Assembly: GCA_002068015.1 (NCBI GenBank)
Contig: MVRV01000184.1
Coordinates: 79,976 to 143,975 of the forward strand
Source of the DNA: Smithella sp. PtaU1.Bin162
GTDB lineage: Bacteria > Desulfobacterota > Syntrophia > Syntrophales > Smithellaceae
Direction of reading: 5' to 3'
DNA: 64,000 bases
Part shown: positions 18,571 through 29,091 of the stretch, piece after piece
How the letters are laid out: every line of letters starts with the position of its first letter
How positions within the stretch are numbered: position 1 is the stretch's first letter
The notes under the pieces: model-generated
The model's database searches: none
Seen by the model: the letters and a program-made list of their open reading frames with translations, nothing else
Told to the model about the DNA's origin: nothing
Program-made: the position numbers and the translations under genes

Positions 18571-21054
18571 ATGCGCAGACCGCTAATTTTCCCGTTTATC
18601 GGGTTGGGCACCGGAATCATTATCGGAAACTACATTGATTTTTCCTGCAACATATTACTTATCGCTCTGATTTTCAGCTGCACTTCCCTGTTTCTTTTTA
18701 TGAGAAAACAATGGTGGACAGCCGTTTTTTTGCTGGTCTGCCTTATCACATTAATTATCGGTATTTTGAATATTCAAAAACAACAATATCTAGGCAATAC
18801 GGATCGCCACATATCAAAGCATGTAAACTCCGGCCTAAAAGTCGTTGAGGGCATAATTGATGAAAGTCCGCTTTATTATGCGAATAAAAAAATCTTAACA
18901 GTTCACTGCATCAGATTGTTGGAAAACGGAGTTTATATCCCGGTTACAGGTCATGTTCGCCTTATTCTTTCCGGTGATTTGAATTTTTCCTACGGAGATT
19001 TTGTACGCTTCCAATCAGTTTTAAAAAAAATATCCAGCTTCAACAATCCTGGTAGTTTTGATTATGAACGTTATCTCCGGCGCCAGGGTATTTATGCAAC
19101 AGGTTTTATTGCTGATTATTCCAGAATCGTGCTTTTGAGAAAAAATTCCGCAAGCAACATTCGAAGATGGCTGGAATCTTTTCGAATGTATTTAAAGCGG
19201 ATTATTTATAACAATGCTCCATCGCCGCAAAGAGAAATTATTGAAGCCATGAGCCTCGGCAATCAAAATGAAATACCTGCAGCTATCAGAGATAGCTTTA
19301 ACAAGACCGGCACGTCTCACATACTGTCTATTTCCGGCCTGCACATCAGTATGGTTGCGGCTACGGCATTTTTCTTCATCAGCATTATTTTAAAAACTTC
19401 CGAATATCTGATGCTGAAATTAAACGTAATCAAGCTATCGGCTGCGGTGGCATTTATTCTGGTATTAATCTATTCCCTAATCGCCGGTATGAGCATAACA
19501 GTAATAAGGGCTGCTCTAATGGCCGGGGTTTTTCTGTTTGCTTTAATATTGGATAAGCAACGTGATCTTTATAACACAATAGCCCTGGCCGGTTTAATTA
19601 TCCTTATCATCTCACCGGAATCCCTTTTTGATATTTCTTTCCAGTTATCTTTTCTGGCTGTCCTTGCTATTATATACACCATTCCACGATTGGTAGACAT
19701 TCCCCATCAAGATTTTTCTGTTTTTCCCGGCTGGATCCGAATTCCTCTACGATATGTGTATACTTCAATACTCGTATGTCTGGCGGCGACAGCAGGAACC
19801 ATGCCTTTTATCGTTTTTTATTTTAACCGTGTCTCTCTGATGACAATTATCGCCAATTTAATCACAGTGCCTCTTTTAGGAACATTAACGCTGGCAATAG
19901 TGATGATTGTTCTTCTAACGTCATTCCTATCGCCGGCGATTGCGGGTTTTTTTGTTAAACTGGCCTCATTTTTTGTGCAAATATCTGTTGATGTAATAAA
20001 TAAACTGGCCTCTGTTTCTTGGTCTACAGTAAATATTACAAAACCAAATATCCCGGAAATAATAGTTTTTTATTTATTCATTATGCTTCTTCTCAAATTT
20101 ATCCAAGACAGAAAAAAAACCGGAATGAAGAAAGAACAAGGATATTTGATGAGAAATCCTCTGGTGTTCAAATATGCAATTATTTCCATGGTAATTTTTT
20201 TTATTGGTGATGCAATTTATCTTTCGCTGAACGATAAACTATCCCGTAATTTAAGGGTAACAGCGATTGATGTAGGTCAAGGAGCATCTGTTTTAGTGCG
20301 TTTGCCCGGTGGGAAAAATATGCTGATCGATGGGGGCGGCTTTGCAGACAGTTCCTTTGATGTCGGGAAAATGGTTATTGCTCCATACCTTTATCATGAA
20401 AGAATCAGTAAAATTGATACGGTAATACTTACTCATCCGCATCCCGATCATCTACTTGGTCTTTTTTATATATTGAATAATTTCGATGTCCGGGAATTCT
20501 GGAGTACGGATGCGGTTGGAGACGATGAAAACTATCCGATACTGCAAAAAATTTTAAGAGAACAAAAAATTAAGCGATTTACCATCACCACTGATGCTTT
20601 GATTAAAAAGAACGGGAATGTTGAAATTATTTTTTTATGGCCTTCCCGGAGCGTCGCTGATGTAAACAATCTATCAGATAAAGCTATTAATAATACGTCT
20701 TTGGTATTCAAAATAAAATACGGGCAAATAAGTTTTTTAATAACAGGTGATATCGGTTCGGACGTTGAAAACACTCTTATCCGTTCGGGAAAGAATTTAA
20801 ACTGTGATGTCCTTTTTATTCCGCATCATGGCTCCAATCATTCCAGTAGTATGAATTTTATCCGAAATACCGTTTGCCGTTATGCCATAATCAGTGCAGG
20901 TAAAGACAATGTCTTCCGTCATCCCCATTCACAAACACTGGTGCGTTATCAGGAAGCACAATGTCAAATTTTACGTACTGATAAAGACGGGGCAATAACT
21001 ATGACAACAGACGGCACAAAATTGTACATGGAATCATTTATTAAACAAAGGTAA
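18571..21054 (+). CDS. comEC: DNA internalization-related competence protein ComEC/Rec2
   Basis: N-terminal DUF4131-like region, polytopic competence domain, and a C-terminal metallo-beta-lactamase domain (THPHPDH, PHHGS). ATG 18571 follows a GGGGGG; TTG 18532 is an alternative start. Confidence 0.9.
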   Translation: MRRPLIFPFIGLGTGIIIGNYIDFSCNILLIALIFSCTSLFLFMRKQWWTAVFLLVCLITLIIGILNIQKQQYLGNTDRHISKHVNSGLKVVEGIIDESPLYYANKKILTVHCIRLLENGVYIPVTGHVRLILSGDLNFSYGDFVRFQSVLKKISSFNNPGSFDYERYLRRQGIYATGFIADYSRIVLLRKNSASNIRRWLESFRMYLKRIIYNNAPSPQREIIEAMSLGNQNEIPAAIRDSFNKTGTSHILSISGLHISMVAATAFFFISIILKTSEYLMLKLNVIKLSAAVAFILVLIYSLIAGMSITVIRAALMAGVFLFALILDKQRDLYNTIALAGLIILIISPESLFDISFQLSFLAVLAIIYTIPRLVDIPHQDFSVFPGWIRIPLRYVYTSILVCLAATAGTMPFIVFYFNRVSLMTIIANLITVPLLGTLTLAIVMIVLLTSFLSPAIAGFFVKLASFFVQISVDVINKLASVSWSTVNITKPNIPEIIVFYLFIMLLLKFIQDRKKTGMKKEQGYLMRNPLVFKYAIISMVIFFIGDAIYLSLNDKLSRNLRVTAIDVGQGASVLVRLPGGKNMLIDGGGFADSSFDVGKMVIAPYLYHERISKIDTVILTHPHPDHLLGLFYILNNFDVREFWSTDAVGDDENYPILQKILREQKIKRFTITTDALIKKNGNVEIIFLWPSRSVADVNNLSDKAINNTSLVFKIKYGQISFLITGDIGSDVENTLIRSGKNLNCDVLFIPHHGSNHSSSMNFIRNTVCRYAIISAGKDNVFRHPHSQTLVRYQEAQCQILRTDKDGAITMTTDGTKLYMESFIKQR

Positions 21055-21136
21055 GTCCTTGCTGGTAAAACATATTTTTATTGCCAAGCTTATTATTATA
21101 TGCTAACGAAACTTTTTTAAAGTTGATAAACATACT

Positions 21137-22408
21137 ATGGAAAAAATTACAGTAATAAAAGGCTTTAAAGACATCTTACCGGAAGATACTCCCATCTGGT
21201 GGCAGGTGGAATCAATTGCCCGGAAAGTATTCAGTTCTTACGGTTTTCGGGAAATCCGTATACCTATTATGGAAAAGACCGAATTATTCAAAAGAAGTAT
21301 CGGTGAGACAACCGATATCGTGGAAAAAGAGATGTACACCTTTCGCGACCGTGATGAAGAATTGCTGACATTGCGTCCGGAAGCCACCGCATCCGTTATC
21401 CGCGCTTACATTGAACACAACATGCCGTCTTCCGAGCAAATTACCAGGCTTTTTACCATCGGCCCCATGTTTCGCCGGGAAAGACCGCAAAAAGGACGTT
21501 TCCGTCAATTTCATCAGATCGATGCTGAGCTTTTTGGCGCTGATGAACCGCAATCCGATGCCGAAGTTATTCTGATGTTGGTTCATTTTCTCGAATCAAC
21601 GGGACTTCCGGAAATGAGTCTGGAAATCAATTCCCTGGGTTGTAAATCATGCCGGCCTGTTTTTTCCGGAGCAGTGGTTGATTATTTAAGAGGATCGGAA
21701 GAATATCTTTGTGCTGATTGCCGGAGACGCATGCATACAAACCCGTTGCGTGTCTTTGATTGTAAAGTAGAAAGCTGCATCACCATTATCGAGAAGGCTC
21801 CGCAAATATTGGATTATATTTGTCTCGAATGTAAAAACCATTTTGCTCAGGTTAAAGCTTATTTGAATGCTTTAAATATAAAATACGTGGTCAACCCAAC
21901 AATGGTGCGGGGCCTGGATTATTACACTCGAACAGCGTTTGAAGTTAAATCAGGATCGTTGGGAGCACAGAATTCCCTGGCCGGCGGCGGCAGGTATGAC
22001 GGTCTGGTCAGCTTCCTGGGAGGACCGGAAGTTTCAGGTATTGGATTTGCAGTGGGCTTTGAGCGGCTTCTTGCCTGTCTGCCTGCTGATACCGAAATAA
22101 GCCGTTACAAAACGGAGTTGTTCATAGCTGCACTCGGTTCCCGTGCCCAAAAAATCGGTTTTAAATTGGCCTGTGAATTACGCCGGGCGGGAATTTCCGC
22201 AGCAATGGATTATTCCGACAAGAGTTTGAAAAGCCAGATGAAACGCGCCGACAAACTAAACAGTGCCTATACTCTGATTATGGGGGATAAGGAAATCGAG
22301 AATAGACAGATCGAACTGCGAAACATGAGTACTAAAAACCAGCAGGTCTTGCCGTTCGGAAATTTGCATGAATCGATAATTGATATTATTAAAGAGAGAG
22401 GTAAATAA
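21137..22408 (+). CDS. hisS: histidine--tRNA ligase
   Basis: Class II aaRS motifs ([32 protein letters not shown]) and a C-terminal anticodon-binding domain. Confidence 0.95.
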   Translation: MEKITVIKGFKDILPEDTPIWWQVESIARKVFSSYGFREIRIPIMEKTELFKRSIGETTDIVEKEMYTFRDRDEELLTLRPEATASVIRAYIEHNMPSSEQITRLFTIGPMFRRERPQKGRFRQFHQIDAELFGADEPQSDAEVILMLVHFLESTGLPEMSLEINSLGCKSCRPVFSGAVVDYLRGSEEYLCADCRRRMHTNPLRVFDCKVESCITIIEKAPQILDYICLECKNHFAQVKAYLNALNIKYVVNPTMVRGLDYYTRTAFEVKSGSLGAQNSLAGGGRYDGLVSFLGGPEVSGIGFAVGFERLLACLPADTEISRYKTELFIAALGSRAQKIGFKLACELRRAGISAAMDYSDKSLKSQMKRADKLNSAYTLIMGDKEIENRQIELRNMSTKNQQVLPFGNLHESIIDIIKERGK

Positions 22409-22410
22409 CC

Positions 22411-24183
22411 TTGGTCAGTTTTTTAACAAAAGATAAAAGAACGCATTATTGTGGAGAGCTGACGCTCTCTGATTTAAATAAAGAAGTGATTTTAATGGGC
22501 TGGGCTCACCGCCGGCGTGATCACGGCGGCGTAATATTTGTGGATCTGCGCGACCGGGAAGGGATTGTACAAGTTGTTTTCAACCCCGATGCCGGTAGCT
22601 CCGTTCATGATCTGGCTCACAAAATCCGCTCGGAATTTGTATTGGCGGTTAAGGGTCTCGTACAAAAAAGACCTGACGGCATGAATAATTCAGCTCTGAA
22701 AACAGGTGAAATTGAAGTTATTGTTTCGGAGATGGAGATATTGAATGAATCCAAAACACCTCCTTTTTCTTTTGATGACACCGAGATCTCGGAAAATGTT
22801 CGTCTTAAATACCGTTATCTGGATTTACGCCGTCCGGCTATACAGCAAAATCTATTTTTACGAAGCCGTCTTGCCGCCTCCACCCGCCATTATTTCGAAC
22901 AAAACGGCTTTATTGAGGTAGAAACCCCCATCTTGGGAAAAAGCACTCCGGAAGGTGCACGGGATTATCTCGTCCCCAGCCGGATCAATAAAGGTACGTT
23001 TTATGCGTTGCCGCAATCTCCACAGATATTCAAACAATTACTGATGGTATCCGGTTTTGATCGTTACTATCAGATTGCCAAATGTTTTCGCGATGAAGAT
23101 TTGCGTGCCGACCGCCAGCCGGAATTTACGCAAATTGACGTGGAAATGTCCTTCATTACGGAAGAAGATATTATGCAGATTATGGAAGGATTAATGGCAA
23201 AAATATTTAAAGACTGCATGGGACGGGAAATTCAGCTTCCCCTTCCCCGTATTACTTACAGAGATGCAATAAACCGTTATGGTAAGGACAATCCCGATGT
23301 TCGTTTTGGTATGGAACTCGTTGACCTGACATCCATCGTCAAAGATTCCGGATTTAAACTTTTCAAAGAAGTTGCAGATGGTGGAGGCATTATCAAGGCC
23401 ATTAAAGTGGAACAGGCAACCGTACTTTCGCGTAAAGATCTGGACGGATTAAAAGATTATGTTGCCGTTTACGGTGCTAAAGGCTTGGCCTGGGCAAAAA
23501 TAAACAGCACTGACTGGACGTCACCCATATTTAAATTCCTCAAACCGGAGGAAATCAAAAAGATCAATGAGACCATGAACTCAAAAGAAGGTGACGTAAT
23601 TTTCTTCGTTGCCGACAGTCCCCGTATTGTTAATGATTCATTGGGTAATTTAAGGATACACCTGGCCAAAAAATTAAATTTAATCGATCCTGACGCACTG
23701 GCATTTACCTGGATTACGGAATTTCCGCTTTTGGAATACTCTGATTCGGAAAAGCGCTTTGTCTCTACGCATCACCCTTTCACATCGCCTTTTCCGGAAG
23801 ACTTACCGCTGCTTGCCTCCAATCCCGGAAAAGTACGTGCGCGTGCATACGACCTGGTTTTAAACGGTTCGGAAATCGGCGGCGGCAGCATTCGTATTCA
23901 CCGCAAAGACATGCAGGCTCAGGTATTTTCAGCTATCGGTTTATCTGATGAAGATGCCCGTTCTAAATTCGGCTTTCTGCTGGAAGCGCTTGAATATGGC
24001 GCACCTCCCCACGGCGGCCTTGCTTTCGGACTTGACCGATTGACCATGATAATGACCAAAGCCGAATCCATTCGAGATGTCATTGCCTTTCCAAAAACGC
24101 AGAAAGCATCCTGTCAGATGTCGGATGCCCCTTCCAAAGTAAGTGTTGAACAATTGATGGAACTTTCAATAAAAATTGTTTAA
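22411..24183 (+). CDS. aspS: aspartate--tRNA ligase (bacterial type)
   Basis: [46 protein letters not shown] and GGGSIRIH motifs. TTG start 2 nt after the hisS stop. Confidence 0.95.
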   Translation: MVSFLTKDKRTHYCGELTLSDLNKEVILMGWAHRRRDHGGVIFVDLRDREGIVQVVFNPDAGSSVHDLAHKIRSEFVLAVKGLVQKRPDGMNNSALKTGEIEVIVSEMEILNESKTPPFSFDDTEISENVRLKYRYLDLRRPAIQQNLFLRSRLAASTRHYFEQNGFIEVETPILGKSTPEGARDYLVPSRINKGTFYALPQSPQIFKQLLMVSGFDRYYQIAKCFRDEDLRADRQPEFTQIDVEMSFITEEDIMQIMEGLMAKIFKDCMGREIQLPLPRITYRDAINRYGKDNPDVRFGMELVDLTSIVKDSGFKLFKEVADGGGIIKAIKVEQATVLSRKDLDGLKDYVAVYGAKGLAWAKINSTDWTSPIFKFLKPEEIKKINETMNSKEGDVIFFVADSPRIVNDSLGNLRIHLAKKLNLIDPDALAFTWITEFPLLEYSDSEKRFVSTHHPFTSPFPEDLPLLASNPGKVRARAYDLVLNGSEIGGGSIRIHRKDMQAQVFSAIGLSDEDARSKFGFLLEALEYGAPPHGGLAFGLDRLTMIMTKAESIRDVIAFPKTQKASCQMSDAPSKVSVEQLMELSIKIV

Positions 24184-24205
24184 ATGCAAACCAGTGGAGA
24201 AGAAA

Positions 24206-26107
24206 ATGGTAAAATGGAATAAAGAAAAAAGGTTACTCAATCGGCAACAAAGCAAATTTTGGAAATTTGAATTAAGAGATGTTGACGAGCCCAATCTGCT
24301 TAAGGATATGTTTCCCTATACTGAAGTCAGCCGAATTGTTTTTGATGACAAAATAATTCCGATAAGTCCACCGGAAGAAATTTTTATCACCGATACGACA
24401 TTTCGTGATGGTCAACAATCCAGACCACCGTATTCAGTTGAACAAATCATCGAAATTTTTAAGCTCTTGAATAAACTGGGCGGCCCTAATGGAGTTATCC
24501 GGCAAACCGAGTTCTTTCTTTACAGCAAAAAAGACAGAGAGGCCGTGGAAGAATGCCAGAAACTGGGATTCAAATACCCGGAAATAACCGGTTGGATCCG
24601 TGCCGCCAAAGAAGACATCCACCTTGTTCATGAAGCAGGTATGAAAGAAACAGGTTTACTTACATCTGTTTCCGATTATCACATTTTTCTTAAATTGAAC
24701 AAAAAACGCAGTCAGGCTATGGATGATTATCTTGGTATAGTTAAATCCGTTCTGGATTTCGGTATTGTTCCCCGTTGTCATTTTGAAGATATCACCCGGG
24801 CAGATATCTATGGTTTTTGCATTCCCTTTGCTATTGAACTTATGAAACTACGGGAAGAAAGCGGCATAGATATTAAAATAAGACTTTGTGATACTATGGG
24901 TTACGGAGTGACTTATCCCGGAGCTTCACTTCCCCGCAGTGTGGACAAGCTGGTTCGCTCATTTATCGATGAAGCAGGCGTTCCCGGTCATCTCCTGGAA
25001 TGGCACGGACACAATGATTTCCATAAAGCAATGATCAATGCGACAACAGCCTGGCTTTACGGCTGTAGTGCAGCAAATTCCACGTTATTGGGGCTGGGCG
25101 AACGGACCGGTAATCCCCCCATCGAAGGCTTGATTATGGAATATATTGCGCTCAAAGGTCATACCGATGGTATTGATACTACAGTTATTACCGATATCGC
25201 CGAATATTTTGAAAAAGAAATCGGAGTAAAAATCCCTCATAACTATCCTTTTGTCGGTGCGGAATTCAACATCACCCGGGCCGGTGTTCATGCCGACGGA
25301 CTGATCAAATGTGAAGAAATTTACAACATCTTCGACACTGCCAAAATTTTAAAACGACCGATAGTTACAATGGTAACTGATAAATCCGGCAATGCCGGTA
25401 TCGCTTTCTGGATTAACCAGCATTTTAATCTTAAAGGCGAAACGGCAATAGATAAAAGACATCCGGGCATTTCTAAAATAAACAAATGGATTACCGAGCA
25501 ATACGACTCAGGCCGCAGTACTTCCATTTCTCCCGAAGAATTGGAAAAGAAAGTCCGCAAATACCTGCCTGAGCTATTTATGTCTGGTCTGGAAAAGATT
25601 AAATCCGCCGCTGAGAAAGCAGCTATTGATGCTGTAAATCTGATCATTGAGCACCCGAAAATGAAAAGCATGAATCCCGGGATACAGGAACCTCTGATGC
25701 AGAAATTTGTAGATGAGAATCCTTCCATTCAATTTGCTTATATTGTCGACATGAACGGCCGTAAAACAACGAAAAACATCACCAACATCGCCGATCGCGC
25801 CAAATATGAAAACTATGGAGTCGGCACGGATCAATCCGACCGCGAGTGGTTTATCAAGCCGTTGCAATCCGGCAAGATACATGTAACCGATTTCTTCATA
25901 TCAAAATTAACCGGAGTATTGTGTTTCACGGTTTCGTCTCCTATTGTCAACGATAAAGATGAAATGATCGGTATTTTCGGAGTGGATATTCAATTTGAAG
26001 ACTGGGTAAAGAGAGCGGAAGACCTGAATGATACGGATCAGATTGCTCTGCGTGCTGAATACGAGGAAGCTAAAAGCAAAGCAAAACACGGGCATAATCG
26101 CCGCTGA
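24206..26107 (+). CDS. HMGL-fold (homocitrate / isopropylmalate / Re-citrate synthase-like) enzyme with a C-terminal Cache-like domain
   Basis: ITDTTFRDGQQS and HGHNDFH metal-site motifs of the pyruvate carboxyltransferase/HMGL fold. The C-terminal ~130 aa (FAYIVDMNGRK..DREWFIKPLQSGKIHVTDFFISKLTGVLCFTVSSPIV..IGIFGVDIQ) look Cache/PDC-like. ATG 24206 is preceded by GGAGA. Confidence 0.8.
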   Translation: MVKWNKEKRLLNRQQSKFWKFELRDVDEPNLLKDMFPYTEVSRIVFDDKIIPISPPEEIFITDTTFRDGQQSRPPYSVEQIIEIFKLLNKLGGPNGVIRQTEFFLYSKKDREAVEECQKLGFKYPEITGWIRAAKEDIHLVHEAGMKETGLLTSVSDYHIFLKLNKKRSQAMDDYLGIVKSVLDFGIVPRCHFEDITRADIYGFCIPFAIELMKLREESGIDIKIRLCDTMGYGVTYPGASLPRSVDKLVRSFIDEAGVPGHLLEWHGHNDFHKAMINATTAWLYGCSAANSTLLGLGERTGNPPIEGLIMEYIALKGHTDGIDTTVITDIAEYFEKEIGVKIPHNYPFVGAEFNITRAGVHADGLIKCEEIYNIFDTAKILKRPIVTMVTDKSGNAGIAFWINQHFNLKGETAIDKRHPGISKINKWITEQYDSGRSTSISPEELEKKVRKYLPELFMSGLEKIKSAAEKAAIDAVNLIIEHPKMKSMNPGIQEPLMQKFVDENPSIQFAYIVDMNGRKTTKNITNIADRAKYENYGVGTDQSDREWFIKPLQSGKIHVTDFFISKLTGVLCFTVSSPIVNDKDEMIGIFGVDIQFEDWVKRAEDLNDTDQIALRAEYEEAKSKAKHGHNRR

Positions 26108-26130
26108 TTTGTAAAGTTACAAATAAACCG

Positions 26131-28101
26131 TTAAAATTCGGCATACAATGTCCAATGTTCAAATGGCCGTGTATCGTCTTGAGACGACAGCGGTGTTATT
26201 TCCCGAATAAATCGGGACGGCGACAACGTCAGCGTGCCCGAAGAGCGCGTGTAATCAATAACCGGAGAACTCAGGTAGAGTTGATCTTTTGCCCGGGTGA
26301 CCGCAACATAAAAAAGTCTTCTTTCTTCTTCTTCACCACCTGGCTCTTTCAATGCTCTCTGCAAGGGAATCATCCCTTCCGTACACCAGATTAAAAATAC
26401 ATAGGACCATTCCAGACCCTTGGCCTGATGGATTGTACTTAAAATCACCTTATCTTCTTTTTGCTGTTCCACCTGCTCTTCATCTCTGGACATATTGGTG
26501 AGCAATGCCAGCTCATTTAAGAAATCATCCATTCGGGGAAATTTCGCAGAAAAATTTCCCAGTTGAATTAAATCTTCTTCGCGGGATGAAGCATCGGAAT
26601 AATTATCCTGGAGATAAACCCGGTAACCGCTTTTGTTTAATAAAATATCGATTATTCTTTCCGGTGTACGATCCTGCGGTTGTATATCCAATAATAATTT
26701 GATCGTTTTGCGGCAATCTTCTATTCCCGGTTTTGCCTGTTTGGGTGTTAGTTTTATAAATTCATCATGAAATATTTCCTCTAAAGGATTATCTTTCCCT
26801 GCCAGATATTTCCATAATTTTTCAATAGTTACCCTGCCGACTTTAGGGTACATAATAAGAAGACGCCGCCAGGCCAGTTCATCTAATGGATTAACGATAA
26901 CCCGCATGTAAGATGTTACATCCTTGATATGAGCCTGCTCAAAAAAACGGATCCCGGAACGAATATCAAACGGAATATCGCGTCTCACCAACTCCATTTG
27001 TAATTCCATGGAATGATAATGGGCACGATAAAGAACGGCAATTTCTTGGAGCGGCACTCCGCTGCGGTAAAGTTCGGTAATTCGCTGAGCCACAAAATCA
27101 GCCTGTTTGAGAACGTTTTGCGCCGAAACCATTACGGGTCTCATTCCGTTTGCGCGGACAGCCCTTAATTCTTTAGGAAATTGATTTTCATTATTGGTAA
27201 TGCTTAAATTTGCCAGATGCAGTATCTGCGGTGTACTACGGTAGTTTGTTTCCAGCTTGAATATTTTGCAATCCCGGTAACGATCGGGGAAATTGATGAT
27301 GTTGCTGAAATTGGCACCGCGGAATGAATAAATACTTTGCGAGTCATCACCCACGACCATAACATTTCTGTGTACCGATGCCAGAAGATCAATTATATCC
27401 GCCTGGATAATATTTGTATCCTGATATTCATCAACAAGAACATGGACAAATCTATCGGCAAGTTTATTTAATAAATCAGGATTGTCCCTGAGCAACATAC
27501 GAAAATTGCAGAGCAGATCATCGAAATCCATCACGGAGAGATCTTTTTTCTTTTGCATATAGAGACAGGCAATTTGATTAATTTCATTTATTAAATGCAA
27601 AAAGAACGGGTATCTTGTCTGCAGTACATCTTCCAATGTGCTTTGAGTATTGAGAGCCAGACTGATAATTTCGGAGATCACATTGCTTTTGGGGAATTTG
27701 CTTAATTTCGGATCAATTTTCAATTCAGCCAGACAGGAGGAAACAAGCTGGCGGGAATCTTCGCTGTCAATAATCGAAAAATTAATCTTATAACCGGTAT
27801 GCCCGGCGTATTTTCTTAAAAGGATATGCGCAATATGATGAAAGGTGCCGCCGAGAATCTTGCCGGTATAAGAATTGAGGATATTTTCCACACGGGTGAG
27901 CATGGAACGTGCAGCTTTATTGGTAAATGTTGCCAGTAAAATGCGCTCCGGCTGAATACCACTCTCCAGCAAACGGGCAACACGATAGGTTAAAGTACGG
28001 GTTTTACCGCTTCCTGCTCCAGCCAGAACAAGAAGCGGCCCGCCTTCTTCCATTACAACCCGATACTGCTCGGAGTTAAGCTCTTTCTCATAATCAATCA
28101 T
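26131..28101 (-). CDS. ATP-dependent DNA helicase, UvrD/PcrA/Rep family
   Basis: SF1 motifs: AGAGSGKT, VDEYQDTN, VGDDSQSIYSFRGA, TNYRS, TIHQAKGLEW, YVAVTRAK. Confidence 0.92.
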   Translation of the reverse strand: MIDYEKELNSEQYRVVMEEGGPLLVLAGAGSGKTRTLTYRVARLLESGIQPERILLATFTNKAARSMLTRVENILNSYTGKILGGTFHHIAHILLRKYAGHTGYKINFSIIDSEDSRQLVSSCLAELKIDPKLSKFPKSNVISEIISLALNTQSTLEDVLQTRYPFFLHLINEINQIACLYMQKKKDLSVMDFDDLLCNFRMLLRDNPDLLNKLADRFVHVLVDEYQDTNIIQADIIDLLASVHRNVMVVGDDSQSIYSFRGANFSNIINFPDRYRDCKIFKLETNYRSTPQILHLANLSITNNENQFPKELRAVRANGMRPVMVSAQNVLKQADFVAQRITELYRSGVPLQEIAVLYRAHYHSMELQMELVRRDIPFDIRSGIRFFEQAHIKDVTSYMRVIVNPLDELAWRRLLIMYPKVGRVTIEKLWKYLAGKDNPLEEIFHDEFIKLTPKQAKPGIEDCRKTIKLLLDIQPQDRTPERIIDILLNKSGYRVYLQDNYSDASSREEDLIQLGNFSAKFPRMDDFLNELALLTNMSRDEEQVEQQKEDKVILSTIHQAKGLEWSYVFLIWCTEGMIPLQRALKEPGGEEEERRLFYVAVTRAKDQLYLSSPVIDYTRSSGTLTLSPSRFIREITPLSSQDDTRPFEHWTLYAEF

Positions 28102-28146
28102 TAAACACGAGCCAACATCTTTGAATACGGCATGCCTTTCTTGTTA

Positions 28147-28788
28147 TTACAGGGCTTTTTTAATTTCGGCAACCGTGTCTTTTGAGCTCAAAGAAAGAAA
28201 ATTCTTCAGCAATCCCTCTTTCTCATAGAAACCGATAAGCGGTGCCGTTTTTTGATTGTAAGTTGTGAGACGGTTGGTAATTGCTTCTTCAGTTTCATCA
28301 GCTCGTTGAATAACCGGACTGCCGCATTTCTTGCATTTGCCGCCTTCCGCAGGAGGATTACTTTTGATATTGTATATTTCCTGACAGGAGGAATTGGAAC
28401 AGGTTCTTCGGGTCGTCAGACGATCTAAAATAACATCCCGGGGCACGTCCAGATTAGCGACAAAATCCATTTTAATCCCGAGTTTTACGAGCAGTCTTTT
28501 CAGATCTTCCGCCTGAGGAATGGTTCTGGGAAAACCGTCAAGGATAAAACCTTTCTGACAATCGGGCTCCTGCAGACGCGCCTCCATAATCTGCATAATT
28601 AAGGAATCGGGCACAAGATCACCCCTGTCCATATATTCTTTGGCTTTCTTTCCCAGTACTGAACCTTCCTTAACTGCGGCCCGCAAAATATCTCCTGTTG
28701 ATATTTGCACGGAACCGTCATATTCTGTAAGAAGTTTTGCTATCGTGCCTTTGCCTGCACCGGGAGCACCTAATAAAATTATTTTCAT
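28147..28788 (-). CDS. adk: adenylate kinase
   Basis: MKIILLGAPGAGKGT P-loop, GFILDGFPRT, and a Cys-containing lid (CSNSSC...CKKCG). Confidence 0.95.
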   Translation of the reverse strand: MKIILLGAPGAGKGTIAKLLTEYDGSVQISTGDILRAAVKEGSVLGKKAKEYMDRGDLVPDSLIMQIMEARLQEPDCQKGFILDGFPRTIPQAEDLKRLLVKLGIKMDFVANLDVPRDVILDRLTTRRTCSNSSCQEIYNIKSNPPAEGGKCKKCGSPVIQRADETEEAITNRLTTYNQKTAPLIGFYEKEGLLKNFLSLSSKDTVAEIKKAL

Positions 28789-28827
28789 GATTTCCTCCGT
28801 AAATTTAATCTAATTAAACAAGTTGCG

Positions 28828-28856
28828 CTTATAATGGAAAACGTCTTATTGGTCAA
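28828..28856 (-). promoter_or_regulatory. candidate sigma70 promoter for adk
   Basis: The minus strand reads TTGACC, 17-nt spacer, TATAAG. A GGAGG Shine-Dalgarno precedes the adk ATG. Confidence 0.4.
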
Positions 28857-28934
28857 GGCAATATAGCTTTTTGATTATATCCCTGCCGAACAAACACCTA
28901 TTTTCCACCTCTTGCCCAGAAAACCTCTTTCCCA

Positions 28935-28963
28935 TTGACATACCAAAGCTCTTGCCTTATACT
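28935..28963 (+). promoter_or_regulatory. candidate sigma70 promoter for the TRAP operon
   Basis: TTGACA (28935-28940), 17-nt spacer, TATACT (28958-28963). This predicts a ~120-nt 5' UTR. Confidence 0.5.
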
Positions 28964-29091
28964 CCGCCCGTCAAAAGCAATACTTTATCAATGCAGTATT
29001 GATGGCCTTGTTTCCCATTTTGATAAAACGGTAAACAAGGCAAAGTAATCTTCAAATAGCTTAAAATATTCCAAAAAGGAGCAAAGAAATT

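Noticed and set aside
21055-21136. Possible T-box or other riboswitch leader upstream of hisS-aspS
   Set aside because: The intergenic region is only 82 nt, too short for a T-box. No specifier or antiterminator-like structure was seen.
26108-26130. TTTGTAA-AG-TTACAAA palindrome between the convergent HMGL-enzyme and helicase genes
   Set aside because: The stem is entirely AT-rich with a 2-nt loop, and there is no flanking T-run. It is unlikely to be a functional terminator on its own.
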